Shown here: one piece after another, positions 12,195-23,448 of the stretch
How positions within the stretch are numbered: position 1 is the stretch's first letter
How the letters are laid out: every line of letters begins with the position of its first letter
DNA from: Octopus sinensis
Lineage: Eukaryota
Length of the DNA: 64,000 nucleotides
NCBI RefSeq assembly: GCF_006345805.1
Contig: NC_043003.1
Span: 69,068,001 to 69,132,000, forward strand
Reading direction: 5' to 3'
Translations under genes and position numbers: made by a program
Notes under the pieces: model-generated
The model's database searches: none
The model's input: only the letters and a program-made list of their open reading frames with translations
What the model was told of the DNA's origin: nothing

Positions 12195-12990
12195 TTATAT
12201 TATATTAAATTAGAGATAAAACCACTATTAGGCAAATCATACAATGAAAAACTTAAGCCAATACATATGACTAATATATATAAATTATCAATGAAAATAT
12301 ATATATAAATATTATAATCAAGATCTAAAATAATCTTTATAAATAATTGTATATGCACATATAATAAAAACCTAATAAATTTAATTTTTCATATTTAAAG
12401 ATGAAATAGCTAATTTCAAAATATTTTGAAATTAGAGATTATTTTAGATCTTGATTATAATATTTATATATATATTTTCATTGATAATTTATATATATTA
12501 GTCATTTTAAATATTTATGTAATTAGATATAAACTAATATTGATATTAGATTATGAGTTTCCTACCTTATAAATTAAAATTAATATTTAACATTATAGTC
12601 GATTTGGATATAATCATAATTGATAATAGAGTTTATTATAAGTAAAATTATTATATTATATATATTATTTATATCTTAAAAATATTGATTATATCTTAGA
12701 TATTTAAACAACCTGAAGAATGACTGTAACTCGAAATTTTAAGAATTGGACAGCCATGAAACGATCGTAGTGTTATACTAATTATCTTTTTTAATAATTT
12801 TGATATTTATTTAAATAATATAAATTGATTAACCTTATGTATTGGCTTAAGTTTTTCATTGTATGATTTGCCTAATAGTGGTTTTATCTCTAATTTAATA
12901 TAATATAATATTTTACTATAAGATTGGATTCAATCCTAAATCTGATTTTTCCCTGTAAGTTTAGATTTATTCCCTAATATTTTATTTTAT
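12195..12990 (+). mobile_element. Penelope-like pseudo-LTR with inverted partial copy
   Basis: About 12195-12266 is the reverse complement of about 12838-12908 and about 12268-12336 of about 12437-12505; contains a hammerhead at 12706-12774. Confidence 0.7.
12706..12774 (+). ncRNA. Type I minimal hammerhead ribozyme
   Basis: aacaac-CTGAAGA(12713-19)-atgactgt...acagccat-GAAAC-GATC-GTA-gtgtt: intact core, 7/8 stem II, palindromic GATC loop, GUA triplet, stem I with one bulge. Confidence 0.8.
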
Positions 12991-13845
12991 ATATATATAT
13001 ATATTGTAAGCGCAGAGTGGTTTCATGCAAAATATGTCAAGGAGGAGATATGTCGCAACAACCCATTTATAACACTGGTAATATTTTTATCGCGGTTAGA
13101 AAGAAAAATAGGGAAACATCAGACATGGTGAGATTCGAACCATAATACTACCGCAAAACTTGTTGACCGCACCATCCTGTCAATCTGGCCAACCGCTGCC
13201 TTCAAATAAATTAATACCAACACAAACATCGATCGACATAAAGCTTTAGTCAGCCATTAAATTCAGAAAAACTATCAGAAAGAGAATAAAAGACAAAGTA
13301 GAGAGGGAGAGAGAGAGACAGAGACAGATACAAAGAGAGGGGGACAGAGACAAATAGACAGAGACAGAGAGACAGAGAGAGGAAAAGAAGATGTGAAAGA
13401 AGAGTTATATTGGTGTAAATCTCTAAATAAAAGTCGATATAAAAAGACCAGAGGATTTTGTTCGTCCAATTTGCCCTTTGAACTGTCAATGTAAAGCAGA
13501 TCTCTAAGTATATTTTCCAACAGACGACTGCATTTAGAATATACACACACATACACACATCAGTGTGTGTATGTACATATATATATACATAAACATATGT
13601 ATATATATATACATAAACATATATATGTGTATATATATTACATACGTATATATATACAGGCATATATCTATACGCAATAACATATATATATGTATGTCTG
13701 TATATACACACACCCACATACATACATACATACATACACATATACACACACACATACATATACATATATATGTGTAAGTTTGTATATACATATAATTATA
13801 TATATATATACACAGACACACACAAACTCACATAAACACATACAT

Positions 13846-13887
<42 letters not shown>

Positions 13888-14289
13888 ATACATACAAACA
13901 TAAACTAATATATCTGTCTATTTACAGACACACACACACACACACACACAGATGGAGAGATAAATAGATATACATATACATTCATATACACTCGTCTCTA
14001 ACTAAGCATCTACGTCTGTTTATGACATTACCATTCACATGTTTGTCTACGAGTATGAAAAGACTGCAAGTGAATGGAAGAGACAGAAATGGAGAGAACG
14101 AAAGACTGAATGTAATTGGACACCAAATGTTTTGAGTAAGATGAATACATATGACCGGGCGATTTGTTGAATGACAAGTTATATATTTAGTTAACCAATA
14201 GTGTCTCATTACTTTCTGCTAGCTGATAGCAAATTAAGCATTAACCACTGTCTGTAGAGTATTCAACCCTTAGTGGTTAATAAAGAAAC

Positions 14290-14338
<49 letters not shown>

Positions 14339-14339
<1 letters not shown>

Positions 14340-14755
14340 GGCGCAGGAGTGGCTATAGGCGCAGGAGTGGCTGTGTGGTAAGTAGCTTGCTAACCAACCA
14401 CATGGTTCCGGGTTCAGTCCCACTGCGTGGCATCTTGGGCAAGTGTCTTCTGCTATAGTCCCGGGCCGACCAATGCCTTGTGAGTGGATTTGGTAGACGG
14501 AAACTGAAAGAAGCCTGTCGTATATATGTATATATATGTATGTGTGTTTGTGTGTCTGTGTTCGTCCCCCTAGCATTGCTTGACAACCGATGCTGGTGTG
14601 TTTACGTCCCCGTCACTTAGCGGTTCGGCAAAAGAGACCGATACAATAAGTACTGGGCTTACAAAGAATAAGTCCCAGGGTCGATTTGCTCGACTAAAGG
14701 CGGTGCTCCAGCATGGCCGCAGTCAAATGACTGAAACAAGTAAAAAGAGAAAGAG
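14339..14755 (+). mobile_element. tRNA-derived SINE family B (CORE-like), full length, with internal TA/TG microsatellite
   Basis: TGGCTGTGTGG A box, GGTTCAGTCCC B box, CORE-like TCTTGGGCAAGT; 18-nt tandem duplication at the 5' end; many copies in window. Confidence 0.92.
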
Positions 14756-14756
14756 A

Positions 14757-14789
<33 letters not shown>

Positions 14790-15245
14790 GAGCGTCGAGC
14801 AGGTAGAATCGTTAAGCGCATCGACCAACATGATTATCAGCATTTTTTTTCGTTTCTACACTCTGAGTTCAATTGCTACCGAGGTTGTCATTGCCCCTTT
14901 AATTTCTTTCGGGCTCGATTAAAATATATACCAGTTGTGTACTGGGGACAATGTGATCGACTTACACCTTGTCCCAAAATTGCTGGTATTGTGTCAAAAT
15001 TTGAAACCATTTTTGATGTTGTTGTTGTTGTTATTGTTGCGGCAAGCTGACAGAATCGTTAGCACGCCGGGCGCAATGTTTAGCGGAATTTCGTCCGTCT
15101 TTACAATCTGAGTTCAAATTCCGCCGAAGTCGACTTTGCTTTTCATCTTTTCGGGGTCGATGAAATAAGTGCTACTGAAACACTGGGGTCAATGTAATCC
15201 CCTAGTCCCCTAAACTCAAATTTCAAGTTTTGTGCCTATTGTAAA
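14790..15245 (+). mobile_element. Two SINE family A copies (one old, one younger)
   Basis: Both have CAGAATCGTTA-type head, TGAGTTCAA B box and core; second copy starts about 15039. Confidence 0.8.
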
Positions 15246-15457
15246 AAATTATTATTATTATTATTATCATCATCATCATCATTATTATTATTATTGTCAT
15301 AGTAGTCGTCGTACAGTATACAATATCGTGAGGTTGAGGTTATTGATTGAAGATGTGTCTATCGAGGGTTTGTACAGTTTGTCAAGTCACAACAAGGACC
15401 TCAAACAGACAGTACTTTATGCAATATGCGTGCAGTTCCACATTTTCAACAATACAT

Positions 15458-15644
15458 GTTTTCAACATGGAGAAACGTTTCTATGTTTTTGTTATTTATT
15501 TATTTTTCGTTATTGTTGTTGATGTTGTTGCTGTGTTTGTTTTCATTTTGCTGCAATGTTTTTTTTCTTTTTGTTACTATTATTAACATGTGTACGAATA
15601 AAAGAACTCGTTGAATAGAGAAAAAAAAAACTATAGATGAAACT
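15458..15644 (+). repeat. About 190-bp dispersed direct repeat, copy 2
   Basis: Near identity to 4955-5166. Confidence 0.9.
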
Positions 15645-15966
15645 TCCTCTTCTTCCTGCCCTCCCTCCCCTTTTCTCCCTCTCCTTCCCATGCACGTTTT
15701 CCTCCCTTTCTTCCCCTTCCACGTCTTCTCCTTCCTACCCTTCCACCCCTTCTCCCCATCCTCTCCCCTTCTCCCCTTCCACCTCTTTCTCCACTTCCTC
15801 CACCTCCTCACCCTTCCTTTACTTCCATCCTTCCACCACTTTCTTCTTCCTCTCCTTTCTCCCATTCCTCCACTTCCACCCCTTCTTCCCTTTCCTCTCC
15901 ATTCCTCCCATTCCTCCTCTTCTTCGGCTTCCCCTCCCTTTCTCCCCTTCCTCCCACCTACCCTTC
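15645..15966. repeat. Polypyrimidine/polypurine low-complexity tract
   Basis: About 320 bp of almost only C/T on the + strand. Confidence 0.9.
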
Positions 15967-16234
15967 CTGCTCGTGAAATTAACGTGCAAGTGGCTGAGCA
16001 TTCCACAAACACGTGTACCCTTAACGTAGTTCGCAAGGAGATTCCGCGTGACACAGAGTGTGACAAGGCTGGCCCTTTTGAAATACAGGTACTTCTCATT
16101 TTTGCCAGCTGAGTGGACTGGAGCAACGCGAAATATATTGTCTTGCTCAAGGATACAACGCGCCGCCGGGAATTGAACTCATGACCTTACGATCGTGAGC
16201 CGAATGCCCTAACCACTAAGCCACGTGCCTTCAC
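15967..16234 (-). mobile_element. tRNA-derived SINE family C (CORE-like), head C1 + tail X
   Basis: Minus: GTGAAGGCACGTGGCTTAGTGGTTAGGG...GAGTTCAATTCCCGG...TCCTTGAGCAAGAC...CTCAGCCACTTGCACGTTAATTTCACGAGCAG. Confidence 0.88.
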
Positions 16235-16625
16235 ATTGTAGTATCGCTAGCAGATGGTTAGCAATATTTCTTCTGGCTCTTTACGTTAAATTCGAAACCT
16301 GCCAAAATCGTGTCTGTTTTTTTATCTCTTCGGGGTCGATGGAATAAAGTACCAATGAAGAACTGCGTTCGATGTAATCAACGCGCTTCCTCCCCTAAAA
16401 TAAAAATTGCTTGTCTTCAACCCTGCTACGAATCGGTGTCCCGTTCAGAGTGAATGTTGTGATTCCAGCCACTTATACATAATGAAAACCAGTCAATGTG
16501 CCTTATGACTCCCAAGACTCAAGAAAAAATATTTTAAATACATTAAATTTACACTTTATGAAAGAGCAGAAGCCTATGTCACACTGTCCTCGACAGAAGG
16601 TGGAAATTGTGATAATAACTGCAAG

Positions 16626-17269
16626 GGCGGCGAGCTGGCAGAAACGTTAGCACGCCGGGCGAAATACTGAGCGGTATTTCGTCTGCCGCTACGTTCTAAG
16701 TTCGAATTCCACCGAGGTTGACTTTGCCTTTCATCCTTTCGGAGGCGATTAAATAAGTACCAGTTACACACTGGGGTCGATATAATCGACTTAATCCGTT
16801 TGTCTGTCCTTGTTTGTCCTCTCTGTGTTTAGCCCCTTGTGGGTAGTAAAGAAATAGGTATTCCGTCTGCCGCTACGTTCTGAGTTCAAATTCCACCAAG
16901 GTCAACTTTGCCTTTCATCCTTTCGGGGTCGATTAAATAAGTACCAGTTACGCACTGAGGTCGATGTAAACGACTTAATCCGTTTGTCTGTCCTTGTTTG
17001 TCCTCTCTATGTTTAGCCCTCCAGTGGGCAATAAAGAAATAAGAAACGTTAGCACGCTGGGCGAAATTCTTAGCGGTATTTCGTCTGCCGCTACGTTCAG
17101 AGTTCAAATTCCACCGAGGTCGACTTTGCCTTTCATCCTTTCGGGGTCGTCGATAAATTAAGTACCAACTAAGCACTGGGGTCGATCTAATCGACTTAAT
17201 CTTTTTGTCTCTCCTTGTTTGTCCCCTCTATATTTAAACCCACCATCACCAGTGGGCTATAAAGAAATA
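16626..17269 (+). mobile_element. SINE family A head-to-tail trimer
   Basis: Three cores; units 2 and 3 5'-truncated; flanked by AATAACTGCAAGG / AATAACTTCAAGG. Confidence 0.93.
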
Positions 17270-17394
17270 AATAACTTCAAGGGTTAAAATGATGGTCTTG
17301 GATTTAGTAATTCAAGTAAAAGTAAATGGCTTTTTTTAAATAATAGAGGGAACTGCATATCTGATCACAACCGTTTCGGTGCTGTTTGTTTGAT

Positions 17395-17690
17395 ATCGAG
17401 ACACAAGTTCACAAATTTGCCATATTTTTGAGATACAAGATGCCACGAGTTACTACACAAAATCCTCTTGGAGGACGTGTGGAGGAGAAGAGAGCAAGAG
17501 GCCAGCAATGGCCTTTGTCAACTGACGACATCAAATAATGGATTGGAAGCATGATCGTGGCCGATTGCATGCTTGCGGCTCTACAATACTATGAACTGGA
17601 AAGTTTTGACGAGGCGATCAATAAGCACAGGGAGAGAAGATGGCTGATGATTTGGCGTCACTAATTCGACGCTGACGCGTTAATGATGCC
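17395..17690 (+). mobile_element. RTE-clade LINE 3' relic
   Basis: Frameshifted RCHELLHKILL / GRVEEKRARGQQWPLSTDDIK*WIG resembles the RTE C-terminal GxR.RGR...W.D.I motif. Confidence 0.65.
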
Positions 17691-18319
17691 CTCATTCTTT
17701 TAATCACACTCTTTCTGTCTCTCCACTTCCTCACCCTCCCCTCCTCCTCCCTCTTGCTATTCTCTTTCCCCTCTCTATTCTCCCTCTATTTCTACCTTCC
17801 CTATTTCCCTGCCCTCCCTCTCTTTCTACCCTACCATCCCACTTTTTATCTGCTCTTACTCTTTCTACTTCCTCCTCTCTCTCTCTTTCACTCTCTCTCA
17901 CTCTGTCTCCCTCTTCTCTGATTATGTGAGTGAGCATATTTCCAATTATGTATTTGATGAGAAGGAAAATATTTACGCCAATTGTGTTCAATTAATAAAC
18001 TGTAATCTCCCCCTCTGTATCTCTCTCTCCCTGCCCCCCTCTGTCGCTCTCTTTCTCACACACTTTTTGTCTGTATGAGTATATCTCCGCGCGCGTACGT
18101 GTATATGTGTTTGCCTTCAGCACCTAAGCGTGCTGTCACCAAAACAGGCAGAATGGCCTGTCAGTCGTACCACACTGCCAGCACCGAAACTGCTGCACTC
18201 AGATGTATTGTTCCGAGCAGTAGAGATGGAATGGGAGAAAGGCATTGTAGTAGAAAGGAAAAGACATATGTGTGTGGAAGGGAGAGATAATGATAAAAGT
18301 GTAAGTGTAGAATGGATAT

Positions 18320-18588
18320 TTATTTCTTTATTGCCTACAAGGGTCTAAACATACAGAAGAAAACAAGAACAGACAAACGGATTAAGTCGATTAACGGATT
18401 AAGACAGACAAACGGATTAAGTCGATTACATCGACCCCAGTGCGTAAGTGGTACTTATTTAAATTGACCCCGAAAGAATGAAAGACAAAGCTGACCTCGG
18501 TGGAGTTTGAACTCAGAACGTAAAGACAGACGAAATGCTTAGCAGCATTTCGCCCGGCGTGCTAATGTTTCTACCAGCTCGCCGCCCT
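18320..18588 (-). mobile_element. SINE family A (tail A) with internal duplication
   Basis: Reverse complement of family A; probable TSD AGAATGGATATT / AGAACGGATATT. Confidence 0.9.
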
Positions 18589-18779
18589 ACACGGAGAACG
18601 GATATTGATGGTAGTTGAGTTTAGATCATGCGTTTAAAAATTATTATGGTCAAAGGTATTAACTAGTCGTGACCATCGCAACTTTTCTGTGCAGAGATCC
18701 AAAGATTACATTATACAACGTAGGCAGTTCAATTGAAATTTGAGAAACTTTTGACTGCTGTTTCTAACAAGTGAGCGAT

Positions 18780-19040
18780 CATTGCTGGACATTACTGGAC
18801 ATTGTTGGACATTGCTGGACATTGTTGTAGGGCTGAAAAAGAAGTAATTTCTACTCTTCTCCTCTGGAAGTCATCTACTCGCAATACCAGAGGGCGCACA
18901 CTCTCCTACCCTGATGTAATCTCCAGGGATACAGGCATCCAGCAACAGGACCTCCGTAATGCCATGATGGACCGTGAAGTCTGGCGTAGCACAGTAAATT
19001 CCATTGTCTCGACCGCGGTCGAACAATGATGAATGACGAG
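18780..19040 (+). mobile_element. 5'-truncated RTE-clade LINE 3' end
   Basis: AGHCCRAEKEVISTLLLWK...RGRTLSYPDVISRDTG...AMMDREVWR*, ending in a TGA-repeat tail. Confidence 0.85.
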
Positions 19041-20111
19041 GATGAGCGATCATGTACATGTAGTGGTGATGGTGATGGTGATGGTGGTGGTGATGGTGAT
19101 GTGGTGATTCTGTTGCTGCTGTGTGCTGTGAATTAATTAATTATATATAATTAAAAGCATCTTCGTAACGATCTTATCATGACATTCGAAAAACAAGAAG
19201 CTATGATGAAAATAACAAGTCGAAGTAAACGAAAACAAAAATAGTAAAATGGTGATGATGATGATGATGATAATGATGATGATGATGATGATTATGACGA
19301 CGACAACGACGGCGACGATGATGATGACGACGACGGCGGCGGCGGCGGCGGCGACGATGATGACGACGACGACGATGATGATGATGATGATGATGAAGAT
19401 GAATAAATAACTTTCAAACAGGACAAACAATGTGAAAAGTGGATAATATAGAACTTTCTGTGCAGTAAAATTTAGAAAATCTAGAAATAGTTTATTGATT
19501 TACACATTCTGTGAGATTCTTTCAATGATATTTTCTTTTTTCTTGTTGTTGTTTGTTTCCATTTTTGTTTAATAAGAAGGCAACTGTAATGTATCTTGGT
19601 TCTTGCTAATTCTATTTCCTCTGGCGGTACACATAGACGTATATAGGATTTCGAAGATGAAGTCGACTATGAAATAGGATGGCTTTTGTGGAGGTAGCGT
19701 ACTTACAAAATGTCCGTTGTTTGTAGCAGAGTAGAGTAAAAAAAAATTGGAATACAACTTAAATGTAAACTTCGTAAACAGAGTCATAAAGTTAACGGAA
19801 TTCAGAAAACACTTTGAAATATACTAATGTTACATGAAACAGCATTTTAGCGTGTATGACGAGTTTCAGCACAGTTACCATCTAATAAATAAGGTTCACA
19901 AGATATTGGTCAATGCAAGGTTGCTACAGGAGGCACTGGCGCTAATTATATACTGTGGGGTCGAAAATATTCTTAACTACGGTCAAGAATAGGGAACGCG
20001 GGATATAGAATGAAAGGAAAATAGAAAATGGAATAAATGGAATAAATTTTTATTAGATTTCACCTTCCTTCTTTCAGTATCATAAAAATTAAGTATAACT
20101 TATTGTTTAGT

Positions 20112-20290
20112 ACAATTCTATATTTAAGAGATGAGGAATTATGTACATTATTTACATTATTTACATTTGACGAATATTTGTCCTCATCTTGTTTGTTATT
20201 AACGTTTCGGCTGATATACCCTCCAGCCTTCATCAGGTGTCTTGGAGAAATTTCGAATTCTCATTCCTAAGGTATTTTTCGATGTTGTTG
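20112..20290 (-). mobile_element. Hammerhead-bearing repeat, left (inverted) arm
   Basis: Minus 20241-20201: gacac-CTGATGA-a-ggctg...cagcc-GAAAC-GTT; reverse complement of 20530-20690. Confidence 0.85.
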
Positions 20291-20300
20291 TTGTTCTTCT

Positions 20301-20332
<32 letters not shown>

Positions 20333-20375
20333 TTCTTCTTCTTCTTCTTCTTCTTCTTCTTCTTCTTCTTCTTCC

Positions 20376-20429
<54 letters not shown>

Positions 20430-20435
20430 GCCCAC

Positions 20436-20690
20436 GGGCATATAGCGTAGTGGTTAAGAGCGCGGGCTACTAACCTCAAGATTTCAAGTTCGATTCCAGG
20501 CAGTGACCTGAATAATAATAATAATAATAACAACAACAACAATGAAAAATACCTTTGAAATGGGAGCCCAGGTTCGAAATTTCCCCAAGACACCTGATGA
20601 TGGCTGGAATGTATATCAGCTGAAGCGTTGTGTTAACAGCAAAGAAGATGAGGACAAATATCCGTCAAATGTAAGTAATGTAAATAATGT
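20436..20690 (+). mobile_element. tRNA-like head + (AAT/AAC)n + hammerhead-bearing tail
   Basis: A box TAGCGTAGTGG (20443-53), B box GTTCGATTCC (20488-97); hammerhead gacac-CTGATGA-t-ggctg...cagct-GAAG-C-GTT-gtgtt (20589-20634). Confidence 0.75.
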
Positions 20691-20712
20691 TATTGCTTAG
20701 TGTCGGTTAACT

Positions 20713-21041
20713 CAGTGCTACTCAAAGCGGTAGTCCGCGGACTGGTACCGGTACGCGGCGAGTTTCCAGAAAAGAAAGAAACAATAGCAGATAAACGGAC
20801 AAAGAAAAATCGGGCTTACCTTTCACATTAGTAAAGATTTAAGATTATAAAATGCTTATGTACTATTGTATTATTTGTTTACAGAATAGATGTAAGATTT
20901 TTAAAAATTGTTAACTTTTATTATATTCATTATATATATTGTTTCCGGTATAAATTAATATTACTAAGAAATATTAGCGGCCCCTGGCGCATTGGAAAAA
21001 AAACTGCCTTTACGCCACGTCAGATAGTTTCAGAAGCACTG
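20713..21041. mobile_element. hAT-type MITE
   Basis: TIRs CAGTGCTACTCAAA / TTTCAGAAGCACTG; 8-bp TSD-like GGTTAACT / GGTTAGTT. Confidence 0.8.
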
Positions 21042-21501
21042 GGTTAGTTGACCCCAAACCGCTTCCGAAATAATCTGTAACTCTGTGATAAATAAACTTA
21101 GATGTCGAAATGTTGTATGAAGTGTGTAAAGATGTGAAAGTAGAAATAGTAGGAAACAGACTATTTGCATGGCAGACAAAAATGTGTAGCAGTAAAGACA
21201 GAGCCTGAGACAAAAGGCTTTGCCGTATTTACTCACATTTCCTTACACTCTCATATCAAATTCCACTGGGGTGGGTTTGACTTCTAATTCACCAGAATCG
21301 GTAAAATTATTGCCAGTTATAAATCGGTATCAATGTAATCGATTGTACAATCAACCAGAATTTGTGGCCTTTCTTCTATGGGAGAAATCAAGAGTTTACT
21401 CTTGTGCCAAATTCCTCTAAGGTTTATTTTATTTCTGCAGAGTTGATGAAATCAATACCAATCATGCCGTTAAGTCAACCTAGGTGGTTATTTCTCATTC
21501 C

Positions 21502-22030
21502 TACAAAGATCGAACAGCATTTGACTGATCGTAAAAGATCAATATGCAATTAGTTTATCACGATAGGTGAAGGAACAATTATTTGATCAGTTACAGCTCA
21601 ATAATTTGCTGACCATGAATGATGCCAATTCGCTTATTGCCAATGTACGGGATAAACCAATTGGCTTAGCCCGAGAAATCACGAAATAATTATCTGATAA
21701 CGAAAGTTCGAACAGAACTTGATCGAAATCTAAAGATACATTAAATAACAATTAGTAGATTACAACAGGTCAAAGTGTTTTTGGGTGATTACAAAAATAT
21801 CAAACGGTAATTGGTTGATTGAGAGATCAAACAACAACAATTTTCTGATCACAAAAGATTACGAAGTAATTAGTTTATTACAAAAGACCGAGTAACAAGT
21901 GGTTGGTGAGAAAAGGTCAAGAAGCAATGATTGATCGAGGAATGTCGATCACCAATCGGCACTAATCGATTGTTCACGGCAGAGACAGGTGAAGAAATAA
22001 TTTGTTGAATTCGAAAGATCAAGCAACTAA
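21502..22030. repeat. Degenerate minisatellite, about 29-bp unit
   Basis: Units such as GTAAAAGATCAATATGCAATTAGTTTATC, ACAAAAGATTACGAAGTAATTAGTTTATT, ACAAAAGACCGAGTAACAAGTGGTTGGTG. Confidence 0.75.
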
Positions 22031-22099
22031 ACCTATTTTTTCATGAAAGCGTTTGGAATGATTATACCATTTATCTTTATACTTCTTTCTTTATTTTTC

Positions 22100-22397
22100 C
22101 AGAACCTTAAGACACTCATAAGACTGGTTAGCCGGTTTCGATAACATGTAAGTGAGCGAGATCACTATATTCCCCTTGAACAAGATGCCAGTTCGTTGCA
22201 AGGTTCAAGGTCAACGATATCTGAGGAGAAAGGAGACAAACCCATTACATCGAGACCAGTACTTGACTGGTCCTTTATTTTATCGCTCCCAAAGGGATGG
22301 AAAGCAAAGTTGAGAGCAGTAAGTCATAAGGAACCGGAAGATATTCTGCTAAAGAGTTTGCTTGAGGTGCTAACGATTCTGTCAAGCTCGTCACCTT
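22100..22397 (-). mobile_element. Old SINE family A variant with tail C
   Basis: Degenerate family A head; tail similar to 61195-61330 (-) and 16410-16525 (+). Confidence 0.6.
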
Positions 22398-22845
22398 ATG
22401 CTGACACAAATCGACATGTAGATAATCTATTCTCCGTTGCTATGTGTAACATGAGATATATGAGAAGAGAAAATATTACACTGAAGTTCAACCGAAAAAG
22501 AAACATCGATAATCTAGAATCGAAACCAGATTCAGTAACGACAGGCAACCTTCTGGTTCACAATTGGTATTTTGTGCAAAAGCGAATGTATGAGCTTTTA
22601 AATAAACATATACGTACAATTTTTTTTTCTCTGATATATTCTTATATCACACAATGTTTTTGATTAGACCGTTATTATTCTATATGCTAAGCAATAAGTC
22701 ATTTTGTGGTCTCTTCCCACTGGACTTTTAGTGCATTCTGCTCAGTTGGTGACCCCTGGAGGTATCTATACGTCTATATGATTGGTATATTTGTAGACAA
22801 TTCCGTTGCTGTGTATAATATCAAAAACAAATAGTAATTGTTTTT

Positions 22846-22918
22846 GAGCAGAGCTTAGTTTCAATCAAACGCACCTCTGGATTTTGGGCCCAGCACGCTC
22901 CCACGGCGCCACTCTGCT
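22846..22918 (-). pseudogene. Initiator tRNA-Met pseudogene (anticodon CAT changed to CAA)
   Basis: AGCAGAGTGGCGCCGTGGGAGCGTGCTGGGCCCAAAATCCAGAGGTGCGTTTGATTGAAACTAAGCTCTGCTC aligns with eukaryotic tRNA-iMet; T arm damaged. Confidence 0.87.
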
Positions 22919-22996
22919 CAGCAACCGACTGTGTAGATAAATATACTATTTCTTCTATTGTCAGTTCTGGGTTATATTATTTCTTTCCATCATATC

Positions 22997-23190
22997 CTTT
23001 TATCCTTTTATTTGTTTCAGTCATTTGACTGCGGCCATGCTGGAGCACCGCCTTTTAGTCGAGCAAATCAACCCCAGCACTTATTCTTTGTAAGCCTAGT
23101 ACTTATTCTCTCGGTCTCTTTTGCTGAACCGCTAATTTACGGGGACGTAAGCACACCAGTGTCAAGCGATTGTAGGGGAACAGACGCACT

Positions 23191-23287
<97 letters not shown>

Positions 23288-23448
23288 GACAGGCTTCTTT
23301 CAGTTTCCGTCTACCAAATCCACTCACAAGGCTTTGGTCGGCTCGAAGCTATAGTGGAAGACACTTGCTCAACGTGCCATACAGTGATACTGGACCCGAA
23401 ACCATGTGGTTGGTAAGCAAGCTACTTACCACACATCCACCCCTGCGT
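22997..23448 (-). mobile_element. SINE family B, full length, internal (TA)n/(TG)n
   Basis: Reverse complement of 14339-14755. Confidence 0.9.

Noticed and set aside
15500-16150. 216-aa G/R/K/E-rich ORF
   Set aside because: Spans a purine tract plus SINE sequence; compositional artefact.
20436-20510. Functional tRNA gene
   Set aside because: Acceptor and anticodon stems do not pair well; treated as a SINE-type head.
21502-22030. CRISPR-like periodicity
   Set aside because: Eukaryotic context, contiguous degenerate units without spacers, no cas genes.
22196-22663. 155-aa ORF
   Set aside because: First half is antisense SINE sequence; no recognisable domain.
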